Origin: an uncultured bacterium
GTDB lineage: Bacteria > Desulfobacterota_D > UBA1144 > Nemesobacterales > UBA2774
Direction of reading: 5' to 3'
NCBI GenBank assembly: GCA_963825135.1
Contig: CAWGRW010000009.1
Span: 1,376,001 to 1,440,000, forward strand
DNA: 64,000 bases
The notes beneath the pieces are model-generated. The model made no database searches. It was not told where the DNA came from and worked only from the letters and a program-made list of their open reading frames with translations. Positions 1 through 9,486 of this stretch are shown in pieces. Positions within the stretch are counted from its first letter, which is position 1. Every line of letters starts with the position of its first letter. The position numbers and the translations under genes were made by a program.

Positions 1-2
1 TT

Positions 3-746
3 AGGTCCAAGATGAAGATTTTTGCGAACCAGACCGAGGAAGACTGGTGCATCTACAAGTCGGACGACGAAGAGATAGGCCGGTACGTCCGGGACATAAG
101 ATCGAAGAAGATACCGTTCGGCGTGGGCGAGCGGGAGAAGGGGGTGTCCTACGACGGGCGCGGGATCAGGTACGGGGGTGAATATTACGATCTCGAGGGG
201 ATAAAGCTCCCCGGTTATCACAATGTGGAGAACATCATGGCTGCGGTCGCGGCCGCTACTGCGGCGGGATGCGACCCGGCTCGTATACGCGAGGCGGTAT
301 TGGAATTCGATCCGCTCCCTCACAGGATCGAGTACATAGGGGAAGTACGCGGTGCGAAATTCTATAACGATTCCAAATCGACGAGTCCCGGCGCCACCCT
401 ACGGGCCCTCGAAAGCCTCCCTCCCCCGATTATTCTCATAGCCGGGGGGAAGGATAAGGGCGTCGGCTTCGGCCCTCTCAGGGAGACCATAGAAAGAAAG
501 GTTAAATTAATGGTGCTGATCGGTGAGTCGAGGTTCAGGATGCAGAAGGAGCTTGGCGGAAATACAGGGACCGCTCTTGCGGGCTCCCTTGAGGAAGCCC
601 TGGATAAGACGCTCGAGAACCTGACTCCCGGGGACACGGTGCTCTTCTCCCCCGCATGCTCGAGTTTCGATATGTTTCAGTCGTATGAAGAACGAGGAAG
701 GAGGTACAAGGACATTGTTAGACATATTCAGCTCATCGAAAGGTAA
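3..746 (+). CDS. murD: UDP-N-acetylmuramoyl-L-alanine--D-glutamate ligase (5' truncated by window edge)
   Basis: Frame open from base 3. Motifs HRIE, FYNDSKST, LIAGGKDKG and FSPACSSFDMF. Position before ftsW. Confidence 0.95.
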   Translation, partial: RSKMKIFANQTEEDWCIYKSDDEEIGRYVRDIRSKKIPFGVGEREKGVSYDGRGIRYGGEYYDLEGIKLPGYHNVENIMAAVAAATAAGCDPARIREAVLEFDPLPHRIEYIGEVRGAKFYNDSKSTSPGATLRALESLPPPIILIAGGKDKGVGFGPLRETIERKVKLMVLIGESRFRMQKELGGNTGTALAGSLEEALDKTLENLTPGDTVLFSPACSSFDMFQSYEERGRRYKDIVRHIQLIER

Positions 747-1830
747 GGCCTACGATATAGGCATTCTCGTCGCAGCCGTCTTTTTGACTGCGGTAGGCGT
801 TCTCATGGTTTACAGCACGAGCTCCGTGTATTCCATGGAGATATACGGCAACGCCAACTACTTCCTCATACGTCACGCGATATACCTTGCGATAGGCCTC
901 GCGTCTATGATCGTGCTCATGAGGATGGATTTCAGGCTGCTCAGAAAGTTCGTGTACCCCGCCTATCTGCTCGGCCTCGTGCTCCTGGTCGCGGTGCTCG
1001 TTCCGGGCGTAGGCAAAGAGGTGGGGGGAGCGAGGAGGTGGATCGACGTCGGCTTTCTCAGTTTCCAGCCCTCCGAATTCTCGAAATATATACTCGTCCT
1101 CTATCTCGCGCATTCGCTTACGAAAAAAAGGGACAAGCTCGATAACTTCATCGTCGGATTCGCTTCCCATATATTGATTGCGGGCGTTTATGTGATACTC
1201 GTGCTTCTCGAGCCCGATTTCGGCACGGCGACAATTATGCTCGTCACTCTGTTCTGCATGCTGTTCATAGGCGAAGTCAAGATGAAGTACCTGGTGCCGG
1301 TGGGCGTCGTTTCGATCGTATTCCTCTGCCTGGCGGTTATAACGAAAGGCTACAGGATGAACCGCGTGATGTCCTTCCTCGATCCCTGGCAGGACCCGCT
1401 CGGCTCAGGCTACCAGGCCATTCAGTCCTTCGTAGCCTTCGCTTTGGGCGGGGTTTACGGGACCGGGCTCGGCGACAGCTCGCAGAAGCTGTTTTTTCTC
1501 CCGCAGGCGCATACGGACTTCATATTCTCGATCATCGGCGAGGAGCTCGGATTTATCGGCATCGTGCTCGTCCTGATCGGTTTTGCGGTGCTTCTCGTGA
1601 GGAGCCTCAAGGTCTCTCTCAGGGCTACCGACCTCTTCGGCTGCTATCTGGCGTTCGGCTGCGTGATACTCATCGCGCTTCAGGCCGGAATCAATATGGC
1701 CGTCGCCGTAGGCCTGTTTCCGACGAAGGGCCTCACCCTCCCCTTCATCAGCTACGGGGGGACGTCTTTGATAGCTACCCTGTCCGCGGTAGGGGTAATC
1801 CTTAACGTATCCAGATCCGGGATAAAATGA
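715..1830 (+). CDS. ftsW: SEDS peptidoglycan polymerase FtsW
   Basis: GARRWI, FQPSEFSK, EPDFGT, LPQAHTDFIFS, GLTLPFISYGG. Likely TTG start at 715 after GGAGG at 700-704 (ORF track starts at 685). Confidence 0.95.
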   Translation: MLDIFSSSKGKAYDIGILVAAVFLTAVGVLMVYSTSSVYSMEIYGNANYFLIRHAIYLAIGLASMIVLMRMDFRLLRKFVYPAYLLGLVLLVAVLVPGVGKEVGGARRWIDVGFLSFQPSEFSKYILVLYLAHSLTKKRDKLDNFIVGFASHILIAGVYVILVLLEPDFGTATIMLVTLFCMLFIGEVKMKYLVPVGVVSIVFLCLAVITKGYRMNRVMSFLDPWQDPLGSGYQAIQSFVAFALGGVYGTGLGDSSQKLFFLPQAHTDFIFSIIGEELGFIGIVLVLIGFAVLLVRSLKVSLRATDLFGCYLAFGCVILIALQAGINMAVAVGLFPTKGLTLPFISYGGTSLIATLSAVGVILNVSRSGIK

Positions 1831-2897
1831 AGGTCATAATCGCCGGGGGAGGCACGGGGGGGCACATATTCCCGGCAATCTCGGTTGCCGAAGAAATTTT
1901 AAAGCGAAGCGGGACTAACGTGGTGCTTTTCGTGGGTACAAAAAAAGGGCTGGAAAACGAATTGCTCTCAAAAAGAGGTTACACGGCAGAACATATCAGC
2001 GCTCAGGGGATTAAGGGAAAAGGAGTCGGCAAAAGCATAGCCGCCTTATTCTCCGCCTGTAAGGGCGTCTCCGATTCCATGGCCGTGATAAAGCGGTTCC
2101 GCCCCGACGTCGTTCTGGGCGTCGGGGGTTACGTCTCCGGTCCCATGGTGCTTGCAGCCTCTCTGAGAGGCATACCCACCGCGATCTGCGAGCAGAACAG
2201 CTATCCGGGCATCACCAACCGCATCCTCGGGAAATTCGTGAAGAGGGTGTTCGCGACCTTCGAGGAGAGCGCGAGGTTCTTCCCCCGGGGAAAGGTCGTT
2301 ATCACAGGGAACCCCGTAAGGGAAGATATATTGCGGAAGGAGAAGGCAGCAAAGGGTTCGGAGACGGTCAGGATACTCGTATTCGGCGGGAGCCAGGGCG
2401 CGCACAAGCTGAACGAATCCGTCCCGGAAGCGCTTGCGAGGCTGGGGAGAGGGGATATCAGGGTCATACACCAGACCGGAGACAAGGATTACGAGCTTGT
2501 AAAAGATTCCTACGCGCAAAAGCGTATCGAAGCCCGGGTGCTCCGGTTTATCGACGACATGGCGGGCGCATACGCGGAGGCTGATTTTATAATCGGAAGG
2601 TCCGGAGCCGGAACGATTGCCGAGATCACGGCGCTCGGCAAGCCCTCGCTCTTAATACCTTATCCTTACGCTACGAATAACCATCAGCTCGAGAACGCTA
2701 AGGCGCTTGAGCGCGCGGGCGCCGCGTTAATTGTAGAGGACAGGGACGCCGGTCCCGAAAATCTTTACGCGGCATTGACCAAACTGCTCCTGAAAGACAA
2801 ACTAACTACGATGGCGTCGAGCGCTGCGGCTCTCGGCAAACCGTTTGCCGCGGCTCGGATAGCGGATGAAATATCTGGACTCGCCGGAGAGAATTAG
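1827..2897 (+). CDS. murG: MurG N-acetylglucosaminyltransferase
   Basis: AGGGTGGHIFP, GGYVSGP, TGNPVR, FGGSQGA, RSGAGT. Confidence 0.97.
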   Translation: MKVIIAGGGTGGHIFPAISVAEEILKRSGTNVVLFVGTKKGLENELLSKRGYTAEHISAQGIKGKGVGKSIAALFSACKGVSDSMAVIKRFRPDVVLGVGGYVSGPMVLAASLRGIPTAICEQNSYPGITNRILGKFVKRVFATFEESARFFPRGKVVITGNPVREDILRKEKAAKGSETVRILVFGGSQGAHKLNESVPEALARLGRGDIRVIHQTGDKDYELVKDSYAQKRIEARVLRFIDDMAGAYAEADFIIGRSGAGTIAEITALGKPSLLIPYPYATNNHQLENAKALERAGAALIVEDRDAGPENLYAALTKLLLKDKLTTMASSAAALGKPFAAARIADEISGLAGEN

Positions 2898-4264
2898 TGT
2901 ACGGAAAAATTAAAAGGATACATTTCGTCGGTATAGGCGGCATAGGCATGAGCGGTATCGCCGAGGTGCTTCTGAACATGGGTTATTCGGTCTCGGGCTC
3001 GGACCTCAAGGATTCGGACACCGTAAAGAGACTCAGGGACCTGGGAGCCTCGATCGCGATAGGCCACAGCGGCGAGAACGTCCGCGGCGCGGGCGTGATA
3101 GTCATATCGTCCGCGGTGAACGACAGGAACCCCGAGGTCATCGAGGCGAGGAACTTGAACATCCCCGTAATCCCGCGGGCCCAGATGCTCGCGGAGCTTA
3201 TGAGGCTCAGATACGGAATCGCCGTCGCGGGGAGCCACGGCAAGACCACGACCACTTCTATGATCTCGACCGTCCTTTCGCACGGGGGCCTCGACCCCAC
3301 CATAGTGGTCGGGGGCAAGGTCAAAACGCTCGGGACAAACGCGCGCCTCGGCAAGGGCAGCTTCATGGTGGTCGAGGCCGACGAGAGCGACGGCTCTTTT
3401 CTCCTTCTCTCTCCCGTCATTTCGGTCCTGACCAATATCGACGAGGAGCATCTCGATCATTACAAGGACCTCGGAGAGCTGGAGGCCGCGTTTTCGAGCT
3501 TCGCCGACAAGGTGCCTTTTTACGGGCTTTCGGTTTTCTGCGCGGATTGTCCGAGGGTAATGGGGATCGCCGCAAAATTTAAAAAGAGATCGGTCACCTA
3601 CGGTTTTCACACCGGAGCCGAATTAAGGGCTGAAAACGTTAATATTTCGGGGTTCAGCACCGAATTCGAAGCCGTGCTGAACGGCTCAGCGCTCGGTAAA
3701 GTCGCCCTCCGCGTCCCGGGCAGGCATAACGCCCAGAACGCGCTTGCCGCCGTAGCGGTCGGCCTCGAGCTCGGCATGAGCTTCGGGGATATAAGGGACG
3801 GTCTCGGCGAGTTCAGGGGAATCGACAGGAGGCTTCAGATAAAGGGGAGGGGCCGAGACATCCTCGTCCTCGACGATTACGCCCATCACCCGAACGAGAT
3901 ACGGGCGACGATAAGCGCGGTGAGGGACTCCGGGCTCGGCAGGATCGTAGCGATTTTCCAGCCTCACAGGTATTCGAGAACGAAGCTCCTCTTCGAGGAC
4001 TTCGCCAAAGTGCTCCTCGACATAGACGTGCTTTTCCTCATGGATATATACCCCGCGGGCGAAGACCCCATAGAAGGGGTAACGTCCAAATCGCTTTACC
4101 AGTCTGTAAAGGAGCATGGACACAGGAACGTGTTCTACTCGAACGGGAGCGACAACCTGGTCTCCTCGGTCCTGAATACTGTAAAGCCCGGCGACGTTGT
4201 GATAACCCTGGGGGCGGGCAACGTTTGGGCGGTCGGCGAGAAAATAGCGGAGGAGATCGGATGA
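2897..4264 (+). CDS. murC: UDP-N-acetylmuramate--L-alanine ligase
   Basis: HFVGIGGIGMSG, GSHGKTTT, VEADESD, DDYAHHPNEI, FQPHRYSRT. GTG start. Confidence 0.97.
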   Translation: MYGKIKRIHFVGIGGIGMSGIAEVLLNMGYSVSGSDLKDSDTVKRLRDLGASIAIGHSGENVRGAGVIVISSAVNDRNPEVIEARNLNIPVIPRAQMLAELMRLRYGIAVAGSHGKTTTTSMISTVLSHGGLDPTIVVGGKVKTLGTNARLGKGSFMVVEADESDGSFLLLSPVISVLTNIDEEHLDHYKDLGELEAAFSSFADKVPFYGLSVFCADCPRVMGIAAKFKKRSVTYGFHTGAELRAENVNISGFSTEFEAVLNGSALGKVALRVPGRHNAQNALAAVAVGLELGMSFGDIRDGLGEFRGIDRRLQIKGRGRDILVLDDYAHHPNEIRATISAVRDSGLGRIVAIFQPHRYSRTKLLFEDFAKVLLDIDVLFLMDIYPAGEDPIEGVTSKSLYQSVKEHGHRNVFYSNGSDNLVSSVLNTVKPGDVVITLGAGNVWAVGEKIAEEIG

Positions 4265-5166
4265 GCCTCGAGCGCGAGATCGAACGTATCGGCTGCGCTG
4301 TCGATCACAATTATCCGATGAATAAATACACCTCTCTCCGAGTGGGGGGTATTGCGGATCTCGTAGTCACTCCTAATAACATTGAAGAGTTCAAGAAGCT
4401 TCTCGGTCTACTCGAGCGCGCGGGCGCGCCTTGGGTGGTGCTCGGGGCGGGCTCCAACACCGTCGTTTACGACGCCGGTATAGAAGGGGTCGTCGTCTCC
4501 ACGAGGAAGCTGAAAAATATCGAGATTACGGATGACGATAAGGTTTATGCCGAGACAGGAGCGGTGCTGGGCACGATTCTCAACAAGACCATTAAGGCGG
4601 GCCTTTCAGGTTTTGAGTTTGCCGCCGGCATCCCGGGCACTGTCGGGGGCGGCGTATTCATGAACGCGGGCGCTAACGGGGGAGAGATTAAGGACGTGTT
4701 GGAGACGGTTTGGGTCTGGCAGGGCGGCGAGGAGATACCGATCGAGAGAAGGGATTTAAAGTTCGAGTACCGTAAGAGCTACCTCCCCGGGGGCAGCGTA
4801 ATCACGAGGGCGAAGTTCGGGCTCAGGCGGGGGGACCCGCAGGAGATCGAGCGCAGCGTCAGGGAATATATGGATAAAAGGAACCGCACCCAGCCGATAA
4901 AGATGTCGAACACAGGGTCTATATTTAAAAACCCGCCGGAAATTCCCGCCGGCAAGCTCCTCGACGAGCTCGGCTTTAAGGGCCTCGGCATCGGCGGCGC
5001 GAAGTTTTCCGAGCTCCATGCGAATTTTATCGTCAACGCCGGATGCGCGAGCGCGAGCGACGTGCTTGGGCTCATAGAGAAAGCAAAGCGGGAAGCGCTC
5101 GACAAGAGGGGAATAACCCTCGAAACAGAGGTAAGGGTCATAGGAAAGGAAAAAGTTGGCAAATAA
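4261..5166 (+). CDS. murB: UDP-N-acetylenolpyruvoylglucosamine reductase
   Basis: GAGSN, GIPGTVGG, MNAGA, GSIFKNP, HANF, LETEV. ATG at 4261 overlaps the murC TGA. Confidence 0.95.
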   Translation: MSLEREIERIGCAVDHNYPMNKYTSLRVGGIADLVVTPNNIEEFKKLLGLLERAGAPWVVLGAGSNTVVYDAGIEGVVVSTRKLKNIEITDDDKVYAETGAVLGTILNKTIKAGLSGFEFAAGIPGTVGGGVFMNAGANGGEIKDVLETVWVWQGGEEIPIERRDLKFEYRKSYLPGGSVITRAKFGLRRGDPQEIERSVREYMDKRNRTQPIKMSNTGSIFKNPPEIPAGKLLDELGFKGLGIGGAKFSELHANFIVNAGCASASDVLGLIEKAKREALDKRGITLETEVRVIGKEKVGK

Positions 5167-5914
5167 TAATAGAAATATTCCCTATCGCAAGTTAATCATC
5201 CTGTTTTCGGTCCTCGTCGTACTGGTCCTCCTGGGGGTATCGTCCTTCATATCGCTTAAGCTCGGCATGTTCACCGTGGAGGAGGTGGATATAACGGGGA
5301 ACAAAAGGATCGTGGGAAGGGAAATACTCAAAAGATCCGGCCTTAGAGAGGGCGAGAGCAGCATATTCTTTTTCGAGAAAACGGTAGAGAACGAGATCAT
5401 GACGAACCCCTGGATTAAAAGGGTATCGGTTCACAAGGAGTTCCCCAAGAAGGTGAAGATAGAGGTGGAGGAAGAGGAAGTGTATTGCATCATGCTCTCC
5501 GACAGCGGAAAGCCCCTCTACATGAGCAGGACAGGCAGGATGCTGGGCACCGGAAATTTTGATCTGGGCCTTGATTTTCCGGTTCTGATAGGCGATGGTA
5601 TAAGAGACCCGAAGCTTTTGGAAGAGGCCCTCGAGATCTTGGAGTTATCTAAAAACAGCACCGTTCTGAAATGGGACGATATTTCAGAGGTCCAGATCAA
5701 TTCTGTATACGGAATCACCGTATTCACGAACGATAACCGCCGCATTGAATTCGATAGAGACAATATTGTTGATAAGTGGGGCAAAGTGGAAAGGATTATG
5801 AATTATTCGAAGTCCCTCGGCCTGGTCGAATCCTATATAAACGTTTCCTCGGGCAGCATGGGAGTCGTGAATTTCGGAAAGCCGGCGGTGAAATCCGGAG
5901 CACAGGATGGGTAA
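5156..5914 (+). CDS. ftsQ: Cell division protein FtsQ/DivIB
   Basis: Single TM segment, then a POTRA domain (PWIKRVSVHKEFP). Lies between murB and ftsA. TTG start. Confidence 0.85.
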   Translation: MANNNRNIPYRKLIILFSVLVVLVLLGVSSFISLKLGMFTVEEVDITGNKRIVGREILKRSGLREGESSIFFFEKTVENEIMTNPWIKRVSVHKEFPKKVKIEVEEEEVYCIMLSDSGKPLYMSRTGRMLGTGNFDLGLDFPVLIGDGIRDPKLLEEALEILELSKNSTVLKWDDISEVQINSVYGITVFTNDNRRIEFDRDNIVDKWGKVERIMNYSKSLGLVESYINVSSGSMGVVNFGKPAVKSGAQDG

Positions 5915-7139
5915 AGAGCAGAATTTGATTATAGGGCTCGACATCGGAACGACAAAAATATGCGCGATTGTGGGTGAATTGAATTCAAAAACGGGGGAAG
6001 TCGAAATAATAGGCGTAGGCACTTACCCCTCCTACGGACTCAAGAGGGGAGTCGTCGTAAATATAGAGAATACGATACAGTCGGTTAAGCACGCGGTCGA
6101 GGAAGCGGAACACATGGCCGGGTGCGAGATACGGACCGTATTCGTGGGCATAGCGGGCGGCCACATCAAGGGCATAAGCGGTCACGGGATGATAACCATC
6201 AGGGAGCGCGAGGTCGCGAAGCGGGACATCGACAGGGTAATCGAGTCCGCAAATGCCGTCCTTATACCCGCCGACAGGGAAATCATTCACGTAATACCCC
6301 AGGAATACACGGTCGACGGGCAGAGCGGGATAAAGGACCCGGTGGGAATTTACGGGATAAAGCTCGAGACCAAGGTGCACATCGTTACGGGTCAGGTAAC
6401 CGCGGCGCAGAATCTGGTTAAGTGCATTCACGGCGCCGGCATGGACGTAGCCGACATAGTGCTCGAGCAGCTCGCTTCGAGCGAGGCCGTGCTTACCGAA
6501 GACGAAAAGGAAATAGGCGTCGTGCTCATTGACTGCGGCGGAGGGACGACCGACATAGCCATCTTCGTCGGCGGCAGCATACGATATACGGAAAACGTTA
6601 CCCTCGGCGGCGATAACATAGACAGGGATATAGCTCTCGGACTTTCGACGCCGCTTGCCGAAGCCAGAAGGATAAAAGAAAAATACGGCACCGCTCTGGC
6701 CGAGATGGTTTCGCCCGACGAGACGATAGAGGTCCCGAGCGTGGGCGGAAAGCACTTTAGAAAGATATCGAGAAGAGACCTCGCGATGATTATTGAGCCG
6801 CGCATGGAAGAGATTTTCGCCCTGGCGAAAAGAGAGATAAAGAAGTCGGGGTTGGAAGACCTGATCCCCGCCGGCGCCGTTATCACGGGCGGAAGCGTAA
6901 TCATGAACGGCACTGTCGAGCTTGCCGAGCACGTTCTGGAAATGCCCGTGAGAATGGGCATCCCGACGGACGTCGGAGGGCTGACGGACATAATCGCGAA
7001 CCCGGTTTATTCGACCGGAGTAGGGCTCGTTCTATACGGCAGCGGGTACAAGGGCGACAAGAAGCTGCGCATTCGAGACGAAAATGTTTTTAAAAAAATA
7101 TTTGACAGTATGAAAAACTGGTTTCAGGAGTTTTTTTAG
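5907..7139 (+). CDS. ftsA: Cell division protein FtsA
   Basis: GLDIGTTKI, DCGGGTTD, amphipathic C-terminal helix FKKIFDSMKNWFQEFF. Confidence 0.97.
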   Translation: MGKEQNLIIGLDIGTTKICAIVGELNSKTGEVEIIGVGTYPSYGLKRGVVVNIENTIQSVKHAVEEAEHMAGCEIRTVFVGIAGGHIKGISGHGMITIREREVAKRDIDRVIESANAVLIPADREIIHVIPQEYTVDGQSGIKDPVGIYGIKLETKVHIVTGQVTAAQNLVKCIHGAGMDVADIVLEQLASSEAVLTEDEKEIGVVLIDCGGGTTDIAIFVGGSIRYTENVTLGGDNIDRDIALGLSTPLAEARRIKEKYGTALAEMVSPDETIEVPSVGGKHFRKISRRDLAMIIEPRMEEIFALAKREIKKSGLEDLIPAGAVITGGSVIMNGTVELAEHVLEMPVRMGIPTDVGGLTDIIANPVYSTGVGLVLYGSGYKGDKKLRIRDENVFKKIFDSMKNWFQEFF

Positions 7140-7178
7140 GTTAAAATGATTTAACTATACTGGAGGAGGGTGTTAAAT

Positions 7179-8252
7179 ATGGCAAACTTTGAGCTCGAAG
7201 ACACAAGTATAGAACAAAAGGCCAGAATAAAAGTTATCGGTGCCGGTGGCGCGGGCGGTAACGCGATAAACGCAATGATACAACAGGGACTGCACGGTGT
7301 TGATTTTGTCGTGGCTAACACCGATGCCCAGGATCTGAGAAAGTCCCTCGCATCCACAAAAATTCAGATCGGCAGCAGAACTACCAAAGGTCTCGGTTCC
7401 GGCGGCAACCCGGTTTTGGGCAGGGAAGCCGCGATCGAAGACCAGATTAAAATCGCCGAAGCCATCGAAGGGGCCGACATGGTGTTTATCACCGCGGGCA
7501 TGGGCGGGGGCACGGGGACCGGGGCTTCACCCATAATCGCCCAGGTTTCAAGAGACATGGGCGCTCTCACGGTCGGCGTCGTCACGAGACCATTCGGCTT
7601 TGAAGGACCGAAGAGAAACAAACAGGCGATCGAGGGCATCGAGAGCCTCGAGAAAGAAGTCGATACACTCATCGTGATCCCTAACGACCGCCTCACCGAG
7701 GTGCACAAGATTACAATCCTCGACGCCTTCAAGAGAGCCGACGAGGTGCTCCATCAGGCGGTACGCGGAATCTCCGACATCATTACCGGAACCGGTTATA
7801 TAAACGTGGACTTTGCCGATGTTAAGAGCATCATGGGCGAGAACGGCGGGAAAGCCCTCATGGGCACGGGTTTTGCCGAGGGCAGCAACAGGGCGGTCGA
7901 GGCAGCCGAAGCCGCTATTACGAGCCCCCTCCTGGAAGACATATCGATCGACGGCGCCACGGGCATCCTGCTCAACGTAACCGCCTCTCCTGACTTTGGA
8001 ATCGAAGAGCTCAACGAGGCATGCAACTATATAAAAGACCGGGCTCACGAGGACGTAAACCTCATTTTCGGCCTTGTATTCAATCCCGAGTTCAAGGAAT
8101 CGGTTCAGATTACAGTTATAGCGACCGGGATACAGAGCATCAGGAACCAGAATATAAAGAAGCTCGTGACCAAGCTCCCTACCGATATAGGCGAAGACGA
8201 GTTCGAAATCCCCGCATTTATAAGAAGGCGCGGATTCAAAGAGGGACAGTAA
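7179..8252 (+). CDS. ftsZ: Cell division protein FtsZ
   Basis: GGGTGTG tubulin motif, NVDFADV, C-terminal EIPAFIRR. GGAGGAGG upstream. Confidence 0.98.
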   Translation: MANFELEDTSIEQKARIKVIGAGGAGGNAINAMIQQGLHGVDFVVANTDAQDLRKSLASTKIQIGSRTTKGLGSGGNPVLGREAAIEDQIKIAEAIEGADMVFITAGMGGGTGTGASPIIAQVSRDMGALTVGVVTRPFGFEGPKRNKQAIEGIESLEKEVDTLIVIPNDRLTEVHKITILDAFKRADEVLHQAVRGISDIITGTGYINVDFADVKSIMGENGGKALMGTGFAEGSNRAVEAAEAAITSPLLEDISIDGATGILLNVTASPDFGIEELNEACNYIKDRAHEDVNLIFGLVFNPEFKESVQITVIATGIQSIRNQNIKKLVTKLPTDIGEDEFEIPAFIRRRGFKEGQ

Positions 8253-8302
8253 GTAACGGCGGATACATGGTATGGAATTCCCGGGAGGACCTGAAAGAGG
8301 CG

Positions 8303-8345
8303 AAGGGGTCACTCGGGGAATATATTATTCACCCCGATTCCCCTT
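8303..8345. terminator. Imperfect hairpin between convergent ftsZ and rsfS, possible terminator
   Basis: Nested arms aagggg/cccctt, tcggg/cccga and gaata/tattc. Confidence 0.4.
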
Positions 8346-8393
8346 AACCTATATTTTCCTGTTTGTTCCGGATTGCGCCGATTGCGGGATGAT

Positions 8394-8792
8394 TCATTCG
8401 GCGGCCTGCATTTCCCGAAGCTCTTCCGATTTTTTCTGAATTTCGTTTTCGAAGGCTATCTTTACGCGCGGGGCGTCTATCCAGAGGCTCTCGATGTCGT
8501 AGAATTTTCTGCTCGGTTCGTAAAAGACGTGCGCGACGACGTCCGCCGAATCGATGAGCACCCAATTCCCATCCGAATACCCTTCTATCCCTATTATCTT
8601 CTGACCGGCTTCCTCGAGGGTCTTTTCTATGTTGTCCACTATCGTCTTTACGCCCCTTGTCGAATTCGCGCTGCAAACCAGAAAGAAATCGGTTATGTCG
8701 CTTGTGGTGCTGACGTCCAGCAGCACGGGGTTATCCGCGTTCTTATCCCACGCCGCATGAGCTATGGAGATTGCCTTGTTCTTGGAATTTAT
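8394..8792 (-). CDS. rsfS: Ribosome silencing factor RsfS (Iojap), probable AUA start
   Basis: WVLIDSADVVAHVF, FYDIESLW. The frame extends upstream to ATA 8792-8790 (INSKNKAISIAHAAWDKNA), with GGAGG upstream. Follows nadD. Confidence 0.9.
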   Translation of the reverse strand: MNSKNKAISIAHAAWDKNADNPVLLDVSTTSDITDFFLVCSANSTRGVKTIVDNIEKTLEEAGQKIIGIEGYSDGNWVLIDSADVVAHVFYEPSRKFYDIESLWIDAPRVKIAFENEIQKKSEELREMQAAE

Positions 8793-9469
8793 CGGGAGCC
8801 CTCCGTTCTGTAAATGTGGTTTTGCAGTATGTACTCCTCGACCGGGGCGGGGACAAGGTACTTTACCGACCTCCCGGCCTTAACGAAACGCCTGATTTCC
8901 GTAGAGGAAATTTCCAGGCCCCTGATCTTGGGAAAAGCGATAAGTTTGGAGTTGTTATCTTTGTAAAATATCACGTTATCTTTCTCTTTATCATAACTAA
9001 AATCGTTTTTCAGGGCAAGCGGGAGTGTCGCTGCGCCTTCGTCCGGGTATCCGGGCCTCGTAATCACTGCGAAATTAGAGAGCTTGAAGAGCTCCCTGTA
9101 CTCTTTCCATGTCTCTATCTCCCGGAATAGCTCGCTGCCTACTATAAAATAAAATTCCGTATCCGGATATACGTCATTAAGGTGCCTGAGCGTCTCGACC
9201 GTGTAGGAAGTCGTCTTTTTCCCAAGCTCGTAATCGCAGATGTCGAAGCAGGGGTTTTCGCTCACGGCGAGTCTCAGCATTTCGAGCCTGTGGCGAGAGG
9301 GTGTGGTATTGGTCGATTTTTTATGCGGCGGGAGCGCGGCGGGAATGAAATATACCTTGTTTAACGACAGCTGCTCCCTTATTTCCTCGGCAGCGCGGAG
9401 GTGGCCGAGATGCACCGGATCGAATGTGCCGCCGAATAGTCCCGCTCTCTCTTTCTTCTTGTTATCCAT
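8789..9469 (-). CDS. nadD: Nicotinate-nucleotide adenylyltransferase
   Basis: GGTFDPVHLGH, PPHK, SYTVETL, ISSTEIR. Confidence 0.96.
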   Translation of the reverse strand: MDNKKKERAGLFGGTFDPVHLGHLRAAEEIREQLSLNKVYFIPAALPPHKKSTNTTPSRHRLEMLRLAVSENPCFDICDYELGKKTTSYTVETLRHLNDVYPDTEFYFIVGSELFREIETWKEYRELFKLSNFAVITRPGYPDEGAATLPLALKNDFSYDKEKDNVIFYKDNNSKLIAFPKIRGLEISSTEIRRFVKAGRSVKYLVPAPVEEYILQNHIYRTEGSR

Positions 9470-9486
9470 CGCTACAGGAAATCATA

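Noticed and set aside
8281..8345. Hammerhead-like or 6S/SRP RNA in the ftsZ-rsfS gap
   Set aside because: CTGAAAGA..CGAA lacks stem II and the exact core; no SRP or 6S motifs. A plain hairpin explains it.
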